Source: Octopus sinensis
Lineage: Eukaryota
DNA length: 64,000 bases
Assembly: GCF_006345805.1 (NCBI RefSeq)
Contig: NC_043017.1
Coordinates: 32,116,001 to 32,180,000, forward strand
Reading direction: 5' to 3'
The stretch's first letter is position 1, and every line of letters begins with the position of its first letter. The translations under genes and the position numbers were made by a program. The notes beneath the pieces were generated by a model. That model had not been told where the DNA came from. It saw nothing but the letters and a program-made list of their open reading frames with translations, and did not search any database. Below are positions 11,539 to 23,667 of the stretch, in pieces.

Positions 11539-12930
11539 TGAGGTGGTATCAAAAAGTTCCCAGAGTAGTTCTGTAGCACGCCAACAGATGGCAGCACATG
11601 ATTGCATGCACTGTGAGAGGTAAATGTGATCTTCATGAGGCAGTGTGTTGAATGATGTCACTGTGTTTACTTCACAAGTTGTGAAACTAGTGTTTTTGCA
11701 ATCACGAGTATGCTGTAGTCTGCGATTTTTGTAATGGACGGGAAGTTGGAACAAAGAACCAACGTGAAATTTTGCATTAAACTTGGGAAGTTGGCTACAG
11801 ACATTGAGCATGCTTTGGCAAGCTTATGGTGTTGAGGCAATGTGTCATACGCAATGTTTCAAATGGCACAAGCACTTCAAAAATGGAAAAACGTCCCTGG
11901 AAGATGGTGAGGTATCCGAAAGACCTGCCACAAGCATTACCACCAGAAATGTGGTACTGTGCATCGATAATTCATCCCCCAGGGGCCAGGCCATCAATCG
12001 AGAGTTCTATTGTGAAAGTTTGAAGAATTTGAGGGAAAACATTCAGTGAAAGTGACTGGTTCATAGGAGTGACTAGGCGTAGGAGTGGCTGTGTGGTAAG
12101 TAGCTTGCTTACGAACCACATGGTTCCGGATTCAGTCCCACTGCATGGCACCTTTGGCAAGTGTCTTCTACTATAGCCTCAGGCCGACCAAAGCCTTGTG
12201 AGTGGATTTAGTAGATGGAAACTGAAAGAAGCCCATCGTATATATGTACATATATATATGTGTATGTGTGAGTGTGTGTGTGTGTGTGTGTACGTGTGTG
12301 TATATGTGTGTGTGTGTCTGTGTTTGTCCCCCCCAACATTGCTTGACAACCGATGCTGGTGTGTTTACGTCCCCGTAACTTAGCGGTTCGGCAAAAGAGA
12401 TCGATAGAATAAGTACTAGGCTTCCAAAGAATAAGTCCTGTGGTCGATTTGCTCGACTAAAGGCGATGCTCCAGCATGGCCACAGTCAAATGACTGAAAC
12501 AAATAAAAGAGTAAAGAGTAAAAGAGAGAGGATCTGTGGAGTGCAAAGAATTGGATTCTTTATGACAATCATCCTGTCTTTGAGCTCTCCTCACTCGTAA
12601 GTTTCTCACTGAAAACAACATAGTATTGCTTCTGTATCCACCCCATTCACCAAACTTAGCACCTACGGTCTTCCATCTCTTCTCCAAAAGGAAAATGCAG
12701 CTCAAAGGTTCATTGTTTTAACACCATTGTCGAGATTCAAAGAAAATCACTGAAGGTCTTTGACTTGCTTTTAGAAAACAACATCCAGGCCGGATTCCAA
12801 AAGTAGCAGGAATGCTGGAACCAGTGTACAGCTGTACAAGGTGAACATTTCAAAGATGATGTTAAGACTTAGGTAAATAAGTTATTTTTATTAAACATAA
12901 CTAGTCCAGGAACCGTTTGATACCACCTTA
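11539..12930 (+). mobile_element. decayed, internally deleted mariner transposon interrupted by SINE A
   Basis: TIRs TGAGGTGGTATCAAAAAGTTCC / GGAACCGTTTGATACCACCTTA in TA context; remnants EQRTNVKFCIKLGK, KWHKHFKNGKTSLED, HSPNLAPTVFHLF. Confidence 0.85.
12076..12526 (+). mobile_element. SINE family A inside mariner
   Basis: Full-length copy. Confidence 0.9.
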
Positions 12931-13298
12931 TATAAATCACAATTTTTAGAAAAACCAAAAACATTTGAGGAAGAATATATTCCAACCTGGGATACGAATA
13001 TCAACATTTTTGTGAGTTTCAAAAAGTTGATTCTTATTTATTAATTAAGGTGATGACTCCTAATGGGTGAAAAACAGTGATAACTCCATGATTGATGTCT
13101 CATTGGAGACACGAGCTCTCTGAACCTTTACAACCTTTTCGTTTTACATATCATTAATAAATATATAAAATTATACATTAAACATGGTGTAATTGTTTTA
13201 CAGGACAAGAACAGTTATATCATGGATGTATATTTTTAAAAAAATCTAAGCTTATTTATAATAATAATAATAATAATGAAATTATTGTATACAGGAGT

Positions 13299-13718
13299 GG
13301 TGCAGGAGTGGCTGTGTGGTAAGTAGCTTGCTAACCAGCCACATGGTTCCGGGTTCGTCCCACTGCCTGGCATCTTGGGCAAGTGCCTTCTGCTATAGCC
13401 TTGGGCCGACCAATGCCTTGTGAGTGTATTTGGTAGACAGAAACTGAAAGAAGCCTGTCCTATATATGTATGTATATATATAAATGTGTGTGTATATGTT
13501 TGTGTGTCTGTGTTTGTCCCCCTAGCATTGCTTGACAACCGATGCTGGTGTGTTTACGTCCCTGTCACTAAGCGGTTCGGCAAAAGAGACCGATAGAATA
13601 AGTACTGGGCTTACAAAGAAAAAGTCCCGGGGTCGATTTGCTCGACTAAAGGCGGTGCTCCAGCATGGCCGCAGTCAAATGACTGAAACAAGTAAAAGAG
13701 TAAAAGAGAGTAAGAGAG
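13299..13718 (+). mobile_element. SINE family A
   Basis: Full-length; partial head duplication CAGGAGTGG immediately upstream. Confidence 0.9.
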
Positions 13719-14271
13719 TGCTTAGGTGCACCACAACAATTCATTTTATATGCTGCATAACTTAAAGTTATGTTGCATAACTTTAGAATTGCCATCAGCA
13801 CTGTCTAAGGAATAACCAAATCATCGTTATAATGTCTAGTGAGAAGCATTATTTCCAGAGAAAACAAAAGCATACTACATAAAATTCAAAGCACTCCAGC
13901 CATTATAAATATTTGGTAAACAAAATAAGGAATCGAATATTCTACTTACCTTTGTATAATGTTATTTTTGACTTTGTTCTCCTTTATAATGCAGCATGAC
14001 TAAGAAACTATCTCAAGAGGGAAAAAGCAGTTGGCATGGAGAAAACTCACAAATATAGATAGCAAATATATTTCTTTTATCTTCTACTTCATTCATTAGA
14101 CTGCAGTTATGCTGGGACACTGCTTTAAAGATAAATCCTTAGATCCTTAAAAATGTTTTAGCCTGAAGGCCGCAGCCATGCTGGGGCACCACTGCTGATA
14201 GATAAAAATTATGTAGCTTATTCAGCATATAAAATGAATGTAAAATCCAACATATCCAGAAATCCCTGTCT

Positions 14272-14593
14272 TGATTAGATTAATATTTTCTAGTCATTTT
14301 TATACAGTACACACGCTTTTCAATTGGTACAATGTCAAAATCAGCTTTTCCTGCCTGGACAGTATCTTATCGATATCACAACACCTCCATCTCAAAAATA
14401 TACAAGAAGGTAATCCACATCCATCCAGCCTCTGATTAGATTAATATTTTCTAGTCATTTTTATACAGTACACACGCTTTTCAATTGGTACAATGTCAAA
14501 ACCAGCTTTTACTGCCTTGACAGTATCTTATCAATATCACAACACCTCCATCTCAAAAATATACAAGAAGGTAATCCACATCCATCCAGCCTC
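14272..14593 (+). repeat. 161-bp tandem duplication of a PLE RT C-terminal relic
   Basis: Two units (14272-14432, 14433-14593) differing at about 4 sites; one frame reads HTLFNWYNVKISFSCLDSILSISQH, similar to the PLE motif IFN.NNVKVSYSC..N...II..HN. Confidence 0.7.
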
Positions 14594-15596
14594 GAACTCA
14601 TCAGCCAACTTGTAGTTGCAGATCCACCCAGACTTTCTAATTTATTCCTCCTCAAACTGATAATACACAAAGCGACAGCAACAATGACAGACAATTATAT
14701 TATATAAAAAAAAAGTGTCTAAATACACACATGCGAGAGGTGGATATATAGGAAATAAATTTGTTACTGTTACAAAAGTGTGAGCGAGATACAAACAGGT
14801 TAAAGACATCAACACAATCATTAAAATCACACAAGCTTTAATAAACGAGTAATTAGCTCAGATAAGACACCAGTATTAAACCATGAATCCAGTTAAACAA
14901 ACATGACAAAACCAGAAATAAAACTTCCTATTGATAGAGATCAAATTGTTACAAACTACTGAAATAACTAAATTTAAAATTAATTAGTGTGGATAAAACA
15001 GTATCAACATCCAAACATGTCTATTAAACATGTTTGAATAAAAAAAATTGAAAAAACGTAGTAAAAGTCCATTGAAACTGTCAATTAACAAGAAATCAAT
15101 TTTAACAAGCTACAGAAATAACCAGATGAAACAAAAAATAAAAAATGCAAAAAAATAGATACATTTTTCTTCTTTTTTTCCCACTCTTTTCAACATAACG
15201 ACACCTATAGCTACAATTACAATATGAAAATAACCTCCCATCGATAATCGACAACCAATCACAATTGCCATCTCTTAATCTAACTCTCCACTTGTTTACA
15301 CCCCGCAGCTCAAGTTATAGAAGTGATACAAGTGTACAGTCATAAGCAATTGTGTCCATTTCACACTTTAATGCACCGTCAATTACTTTACCTCTGCTGT
15401 GAAGATGGCCAAATGCATGACCGAAACATTTATTAATCGTTCTTCTTTAGTGTAGGAATTATATTAGACACCCATAATATACTAATCAAGTGCTATTATT
15501 GAATACAGCTTGACATTCAATACGGTAACAAGAATTTTAGTCATGTACTGAGGCAAATATCCAGAGATAAATGGTTGTATATAAATTACACTCACA

Positions 15597-15920
15597 TAGG
15601 TGCAGGAGTGGCTATAGGCGCAGGAGTGGCTATAGGTGCAGGAGTGGCTATAGGCGCAGGAGTGGCTATAGGTGCAGGAGTGGCTATAGGTGCAGGAGTG
15701 GCTATAGGCGCAGGAGTGGCTATATGTGCAGGAGTGGCTATAGGCGCAGAAGTGGCTATAGGTGCAGGAGTGGCTATAGGTGCAGGAGTGGCTATAGGTG
15801 CAGGAGTGGCTATAGGTGCAGGAGTGGCTATAGGTGCAGGAGTGGCTATAGGCGCAGGAGTGGTTATAGGTGCAGGAGTGGCTATAGGCGCAGGAGTGGC
15901 TATAGGCGCAGGAGTGGCTA
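15597..15920 (+). repeat. 18-bp minisatellite (TAGG(T/C)GCAGGAGTGGCTA)x18 derived from the SINE A 5' end
   Basis: Exact 18-bp register running into the SINE head at 15921. Confidence 0.95.
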
Positions 15921-16327
15921 TAGGCGCAGGAGTGGCTGTGTGGTAAGTAGCTTGCTAACCAACCACATGGTTCCGGGCTCAGTCCCACTGCGTGGCATCT
16001 TGGGCAAGTGTCTTCTGCTATAGCCCCGGGCCGACCAATGCCTTGTGAGTGGATTTGGTAGACGGAAACTGAAAGAAGCCTGTCGTATATATGTATATAT
16101 ATATATATATATATAAGTTTGTGTGTCTGTGTTTGTCCCCCTAGCATTGCTTGACAACCGATGCTGGTGTGTTTACGTCCCCGTCACTTAGCGGTTCGGC
16201 AAAAGAGACCGATAGGATAAGTACTGGGCTTACAAAGAATAAGTCCCGGGGTCAATTTGCTCGACTAAAGGCGGTGCTCCAGCATGGCCGCAGTCAAATG
16301 ACTGAAACAAGTAAAAGAGTAAAGAGT
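15921..16327 (+). mobile_element. SINE family A
   Basis: Full-length copy. Confidence 0.92.
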
Positions 16328-16891
16328 ATATAAACTCATATAATAGATTACACCTATACTCTCCTTAAGACCAGCACTCTTGAGGAGAGGGTCAGGTCAG
16401 TTATAGAGATCTCAGTGGTCAGTTGCAACTTATTTTATCAACCTGGAAAGGATGGAAGGCAAAGTCACCCTTGGTAGCACTTGAACTCACAATGCCAAGA
16501 GTTGAAAGAAATTATGCTGAACATTTTATTGCGTGCTGCAACAGTTCTGCAAGCTCACTGCCTTACACATTTATATAATCCTAAAATACTTATATATGCT
16601 TGCATGGCTGTGTGGTAAGAAGCTTGCTTACCAGCCACATGGTTCGGGGTTCAGTCCCACTGCATGACACCTTGGGTAAGGGTCTTCTACTATAGCCATG
16701 GGCCGACCAAAGCCTTGTGAGTTGATTTGGTAGACGGGAACTGAAAGAAGTCCAGTGTATATATGTATGTATATATATATATATATACCGGAGTAAACAC
16801 ATAAATGTGAAACAAGGTGGAAAAAAGAGTACTCAAATACCAGTGGTAGAGTAATATGCTTTATTTTAAGCAGCAGAAAATTCAACAAAAT

Positions 16892-16929
16892 CTGTTACTC
16901 TGAGTTTCTCGTTGCCGTTCATCAGACAG
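16892..16929 (-). ncRNA. minimal type-I hammerhead ribozyme motif (family F, left arm)
   Basis: Reverse complement identical to 16946-16983. Confidence 0.7.
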
Positions 16930-16945
16930 TTTTTGCTAGCAAAAA

Positions 16946-16983
16946 CTGTCTGATGAACGGCAACGAGAAACTCAGAGTAACAG
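16946..16983 (+). ncRNA. minimal type-I hammerhead ribozyme motif (family F, right arm)
   Basis: CUGU-CUGAUGA-ACG-GCAA-CGA-GAAAC-UCA-GAGUA-ACAG; predicted GUA cleavage after 16979; A-A mismatch at base of stem II. Confidence 0.7.
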
Positions 16984-17015
16984 ATTTTGTTGAATTTTCT
17001 GCTGCTTAAAATAAA

Positions 17016-17058
<43 letters not shown>

Positions 17059-18046
17059 CATGTATATGTGTGTATGTGTTTGTGTTTGTCCTTCCCCCTC
17101 CACCTGTTGACCACCGTAACTTAGTGGTTTGACAAAAGAGACTGATAGAATAGGCACCAGGTTTTAAAATCTATGTATTGGGTTCTATATTCAGTTAAAA
17201 ATTCTTCATGATGGTGCCCCAGCATGGCCACAGTCTAATATCTGAAGCAAGTAAAACATAAAAAGACAATAGATACATATATTCATATAGAGAAAAAGAA
17301 AGATGAGGACAGGTTTTCCTTATATGTATTTTGTTAATAACTATATCCATTATGTAAGGATTATCTTATAATCCTCTTACATTACCAAATCATCAGAGGT
17401 TGTGCAATAAATGAAATATTCGCAGTTGAAGATAATTCACAGTTGGCAGTTAATGACACTGCTTCTGCGGAATTTGGATTTTGTCTTGATTAAGGTCATC
17501 AATTTAAATAAATAGGGTTCCTGCTTCTAGGGTTAATCCTATCCTATCATAGTCTGTTGGTGAATTAAAGCTCCATGGTGTCTGCCAAACAATTCCAAGA
17601 AAGGTTCACGATATCCGGTATCAAGGTTAAATGACAAGGAAAATATAGTAAGCAAATCAAAGATTTCATATTTTAGTATTTAATTAAAATTTACACACTC
17701 ACACCAGTACAAATAGATTGATATACATATATATGCACATACATATGCATACATAGTTCTTCTTACGAATATATATATAATGATGATGATGATGATGATG
17801 TTGATGATGATAAGGATTATTACAAAGTAGCATAGAATTACCTTTAATTCCTTTATATATTTACACACACACACATATATATACATATATATATATATAC
17901 ATATATATACATATATATACATACATACATATATATACATATATATACATACATATGCATATATATATACATACATACATACATACACACATATATATAT
18001 TTATATACATACATACATATACATATATATATATATATACATAAAT

Positions 18047-18077
<31 letters not shown>

Positions 18078-18189
18078 CATACATGTGGAGTAATATATGT
18101 AGTTAAGAGGAATAAGCTGTCTTTGGCTGCTATTTCTAAATTTTCTAAATTGTTCTATTTTCTAAATTGTTGCTTAACCCTTAATTATA

Positions 18190-18268
<79 letters not shown>

Positions 18269-19615
18269 AGATACATCTATAGGGTAGCGAATATTCATAA
18301 TAAATATCACCACCAGTGGCCTAGCATGTATAAATAGTCAATAGACAACAGATTTTAAAATATTTTATATATATATATATAGAGAGAGAGCTTCAAATAG
18401 ACCTACATGTGTTTCTATTGCATTGATTAGTAATCGTTGCAGTTGCAACCCTCCTATAACACCAGTCCAGTTTCTTCAGGGTCTTCGCTTTAATATCTTT
18501 TGATTTAACTGTTCATTCATACATACAAGTACATATTCATTACACACATATATATATATAGAAACATATATCTACATAAACATAGCTAATGTATAGAAAC
18601 ATATATGTATGTGCATACATCCACATACAGACATACATACAAACACACACACATCCACAAACATAGATAGACATATATACTTCTTAATTTAAGCTAATAC
18701 ACTCCAGCGGCCTCACATATTCAACACAGCCATAGCAGTACACAGATATAAGAAACGGAAATTCCTAAATGCCTTCTGTGGATATTGGGAAATTGTTGAT
18801 ATATGAAAATAGCATTCTCAAAGGCATTAAAAGTGCTTGTTTGACTATTTAAAACTTTGTTCAAAAATACTTAATGTTTTTATTATGAGTTTATTTTATA
18901 CTATATGTAACTAGAATTTTTTTGCTGTTAGTACTTAACTCTTAAACTTTTATGGCTGCACAGAACTAGAATATCATTCTTTCTATTTCTTTTTAATATT
19001 TTGAGGTCTTCTAATGTATATAGTAAGTCTCACATCTGTTTTCTACCAGCTAGAGCATTTTTTATGATACATCATTCTACCATAATTGCTACCTCTTTTA
19101 ATTTTAAAAACCAGATGCATTCTTCCAAAAATACTAACAGTATTAATTTTTTTGTTTGTAAAAATATACTTATTATAGTATTAAATAGTCTCTTATACTA
19201 GCAATAAGCCTATTTAAATAAATCTTCAGATTATATTTACAATAAAATCTAAATTTTACAGAAACAGCATAATTATCTAATATAAATTTTCTTAAGACTG
19301 ATATTTCAATTGTTTTACAAACTCTGGTGGTTTGATGATGTAATCATGTTCTTAGAAAACCCTTACTTAATGCATTTTATATTCATGAAATACATGTAAG
19401 GATGTATCGAATAAATATCTCAACATATCTTGTGTTCTGAACCTGATGGACAACAACAACAAGAAATTTGCTAAAATATTTCAATTTCTTTTCACAGATG
19501 CATCTTTAGAACGATAAACACATGGAAATCTAAACGTTGGCTGTATATCGTGCTCTGTATACTATACCAAGCAAGCAATAATATATACACACATACATAT
19601 ATGTATATGTGTGTG

Positions 19616-19654
<39 letters not shown>

Positions 19655-19711
19655 ATGTGTGTGTATGTGTGTGTGTATTATGTATATCTATCTATCTGTA
19701 TATATATATAT

Positions 19712-19746
<35 letters not shown>

Positions 19747-19816
19747 TCATGTATATGTATGTGTGTGTATGTGTTGATGTACGAGTGTGCACGTTTGTAT
19801 TATGTATATCTATCTA

Positions 19817-19878
<62 letters not shown>

Positions 19879-19889
19879 TATATATAAAC

Positions 19890-19920
<31 letters not shown>

Positions 19921-20570
19921 TATATATATACACACACATGCTGCACCCACTAATCTATACACACACACACACACACACACACACATAAGCGCATTGATTT
20001 GATATATAACAGATTTTATTTTCTTTTAACAAGTTTTCTTTATTTTCATTTCACTGTTAAAAATTTTGGCTTTTTTCTGTCTGAATTCTGTGAAGAGAAT
20101 TGCCGATGCCTCTGTGTAAACAGCTACTGCAATGTATTTGTCACAGAAGGAGAGTCACAGATCAAGAAGAGATGCTATATTTTCTCAAATTTTTCATATT
20201 TGTTTTGCTTTTCTATCTCTGACTTAAAGCATCAGGAGACGTTTTGCTGGTATTGAAATTGAAATTTATACAGATCACGTAACTCAGCTAGCTTTGCCAA
20301 CATTAAACGTTATATCTGAATTAAGCCAAATTCCATCAGTTTAACCAGCTCATTTCTTTATTTAACAATCCAACCCAACTCCACGTTACACCAAACCCCT
20401 GCACTGCACTACTTTTCTTCGTTGCTTCTTGTATTTCTATTGCAATTTTTTTTTTTGTGCCTAAATTTTACACAAGTTATTATTAGTACTGATGGAAACA
20501 TATTTTTTCCTTCCCTTTAAAACACTTCATTTCAAAATATTTAATCTTTGTTCCTCAACAGTGGAATGCT

Positions 20571-20992
20571 TACTCTCTCTCTTTACTCTTTTACTCTTTT
20601 ACTTGTTTCAGTCATTTGACTGCAGCCATGCTGGAGCACCGCCTTTAGTCAAGCAAATCGACCTCGGGACTTATTCTTTGTAAGCCCAGTACTTATTCTA
20701 TTGGTCTCTTTTGCCGAACTGCTAAGTAACGGGGACGTAAACACACCAGCATCAGTTGTCAAGCAATGCTAGGGAGACAAACACAGACACACAAACATAT
20801 ACACATACATATATATATATACATATATACGACAGGCTTCTTTCAGTTTCCGTCTACCAAATCCACTCACAAGGCATTGGTCAGCCCGGGGCTATAGCAG
20901 AAGACACTTGCCCAAGATGCCACGCAGTGGGACTGAGCCCGGAACCATGTGGTTGGTTAGCAAGCTACTTACCACACAGCCACTCCTGTGCC
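20571..20992 (-). mobile_element. SINE family A
   Basis: Full-length reverse copy; head-to-head with the 5' half at 21133-21330. Confidence 0.9.
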
Positions 20993-21358
20993 TATTACTG
21001 TGTATAAGTAGATCACACTTGGACTGGGATTGGAACTCAGGAATATCAAACAGCCTTCTCTAAACTCATTCCATGGGTATGGAGTGAAATTTGTTGTAAA
21101 ACTGTGCAATAATTAAACTAAGTTATCCATAGGGCGCAGGAGAGGCTGTGTGGAAAGTAGCTTGCTTGCCAACCACATGATTCCAGGTTCAGTCCCACTG
21201 CATGGCACCTTGGGCAAGTGTCTTCTACTATAGCCTTGGGCCAACCAAAGCCTTGTGAGTGGATCTGGTAGATGGAAACTGAAAGAAGCTTGTCGTATGT
21301 ATGTATATATATATATGTGTGTGAGAGAGTTGGTGTGTGAAAGCACGTGGTTTGATGT

Positions 21359-21558
21359 ATAGAAAATAGAAAAGAGTGGAAAAACTACAGAGGGCTTGTT
21401 TTATAAGGTTAAAGAATATATTTAAGTCGTTATGTTAGAAAATTTTGTGTATAGTAACATAAAATTTTATAACATTTTTCTAACATAACGACTTAAATAT
21501 ATTCTTTAACCTTATAAAATAAGCCTTCTGTAGTTTTTCCACTCTTTTCTATTTTATA
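21359..21558. mobile_element. fold-back (MITE-like) element
   Basis: About 84-bp arms with about 3 mismatches around a ~33-nt AT-rich loop. Confidence 0.75.
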
Positions 21559-21936
21559 TATATGAGTATATATATATATCTGAGTTTAAATTTTGCCATA
21601 GTTGACTTCATCTCTTTGGGGTTGCTAAAATAAGTACCAGTTGAATATTGGGGGCGAGTAATTAACTTACCCCTCCCCAAAAACTGCTAGCTTTGTACCA
21701 AAATTTGAAATTATTACTAAAGGAAAATGCTGCAATAAAATGGTATATGACTTCTGTCTTGAATCGATTCTATAAATGGCTGAGTAGTTGAGAAGTTTGT
21801 TTCTCAACTACATCGTTTCAAGTTCAATTACAGGCTGGAGCACCTTGGGCAAATGTCTTCTACTACAGCTCCTTGCCAACAAAAGACTTCTGAGTAGATT
21901 TGGTAGGTGGAAACTAAAAAAGCCAGTCACCTGTGG

Positions 21937-21971
<35 letters not shown>

Positions 21972-22109
21972 TACATTGTGTGGTTGTTGCAAAGGAATGT
22001 CATTCGATTCCATTATTCTGCAAAAACATGTCTGGCCCATGGGGGGAGCATCCAACCATAGAAAAAATACCTCACCCTTGCAAGCATGGAAATGCAGATG
22101 CTTAAAAAC

Positions 22110-22560
22110 AATGGTGGTGATGGTAGTGGATGCAGTGGTGGTGGCGATGATGATGATGGCGATGACGGTTGTGGTGATGGTGGTGATGATGCAGTAGTAG
22201 TAGTGGTGGTGGTGGTGGTGGTTGTGGTGGTAGTAGTAGTAGTAGTGATGGTGGTGGTGTGGTGGTGGTGGTTGTAGTGGTTGTGGTTGTGGTTGTGGTG
22301 GTGGTGGTGGTGATAATGGTAGTGGTGATGTAGTAGTAATAGTAGTGGTGGTGGTAGTGGTGGTGGTGGTTGTGGTGGTGGTGGTGGTAGTAGTGGTGGT
22401 GGTGGTGGTAGGTGTGGTGATGGTGGTGATGATGGTAGTGGTGATGTAGTAGTAGTAGTAGTGGTGGTGGTGGTGGTAGGTGTGGTGATGGTGGTGATGA
22501 TGGTAGTGGTGATGTAGTAGTAGTAATAGTGGTTGTGGTGGTGGTGGCGGTGGCGGCGAC
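22110..22560. repeat. (GGT/GAT/GTA)n compound trinucleotide expansion
   Basis: Follows a family-C-like tail (GCATGGAAATGCAGATGCTTAAA); internal ~69-bp duplication. Confidence 0.9.
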
Positions 22561-22884
22561 AGTCTAACCTAATGTTTCTGGCAAAGCTGTTTGATGTTTC
22601 AGCTCTTTTTATTAGCCATGATTCCAATCTACAATGGGGGTCGTCTTTCTAAGCCACACAGTGCATAGGTTATTTTTTCAATCATTTATAACCGCAGTTC
22701 TTAAACTAACAGACACCAACCCTTAGTCCACTCCCCAAATATTACTGATACATTTGACCCCTCCCTCATCTTCATTAATGAAAAGACATAAAACTGTTTA
22801 ACTTCAAATAATTTTCCTTTCTTCACCATGGTGTCGGACCAGTTGAAAAAGTTAAAAGTAAAATATTCATCATCATGGTCATCT

Positions 22885-23665
22885 ATTTCTTTACTACCCA
22901 CAAAGGGCTAAACACAGAGGGGACAAACAAGGACAGACAAACGGATTAAATCGATTATATCGACCCCAGTGCGTAACTGGTACTTAATTTATCGACCCCG
23001 AAACGATGAAAGGCAAAGTCGACCGCGGCGGAATTTCAACTCAGAACATAGCGGCAGATGAAATACCTGTTTCTTTACTACCCACAAGGGGCTAAACACA
23101 GAGAGAACAAACAAGGACAGACAAACGGATTAAATCGATTATATCGACCCCAGTGCGTAACTGGTACTTAATTTATCGACCCCGAAAGGATGAAAGGCAA
23201 AGTCGACCACGGCTGAATTTCAACTCAGAACATAGCGGCAGATGAAATACCTATTTCTTTACTACCCACAAGGGGCTAAACACAGAGAGAACAAACAAGG
23301 ACAGACAACGGATTAAATCGATTATATCGACCCCAGTGCGTAACTGGTACTTAATTTATCGACCCCGAAAGGATGAAAGGCAAAGTCGACCACGGCTGAA
23401 TTTCAACTCAGAACATAGCGGCAGATGAAATACCTATTTCTTTACTACCCACAAGGGGCTAAACAGAGAGGGGACAAACAAGGACAGACAAACGGATTAA
23501 ATCGATTATATCGACCCCAGTGCGTAACTGGTACTTAATTTATTGACCCCGAAAGGATGAAAGGCAAAGTCGACCTCGGCGCAATTTGAACTCAGAACAT
23601 AGCAGCAGACGAAATACCGCTAAGCATTTCGCCCGGCGTGCTAATATTTCTGCCAGCCCACCGCC
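22885..23665 (-). mobile_element. head-to-tail tetramer of SINE family B
   Basis: Units start at 22885, 23070, 23254 and 23437 (183-185 bp); only the last has the complete tRNA head. Confidence 0.9.
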
Positions 23666-23667
23666 TC

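Larger units (their letters stand above)
16788..17020. mobile_element. fold-back element family F with perfect 158-bp palindrome
   Basis: 16859-17016 is an exact spacer-less palindrome centred on GCTAGC. Confidence 0.9.

Noticed and set aside
13950-14000. Minus-strand exon candidate with AAG|GTAAGT donor (a similar donor lies at 35089)
   Set aside because: The peptides are unrecognisable and cannot be chained to other exons.
15396-15432. Hammerhead-like GUGAAGA-UGGCC..GACC-GAAAC
   Set aside because: Core and cleavage-site region too degenerate to call.
15571-16147. GAGVAI / RSGY / YSHSC repeat ORFs resembling fibroin, SR or antifreeze proteins
   Set aside because: All frames are translations of an 18-bp tandem copy of the SINE A head; no splice or codon evidence for a gene.
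15597-23665. CRISPR-like arrays (18-bp and 184-bp repeats)
   Set aside because: No unique spacers, no cas genes, eukaryotic context; both are SINE-derived tandem arrays.
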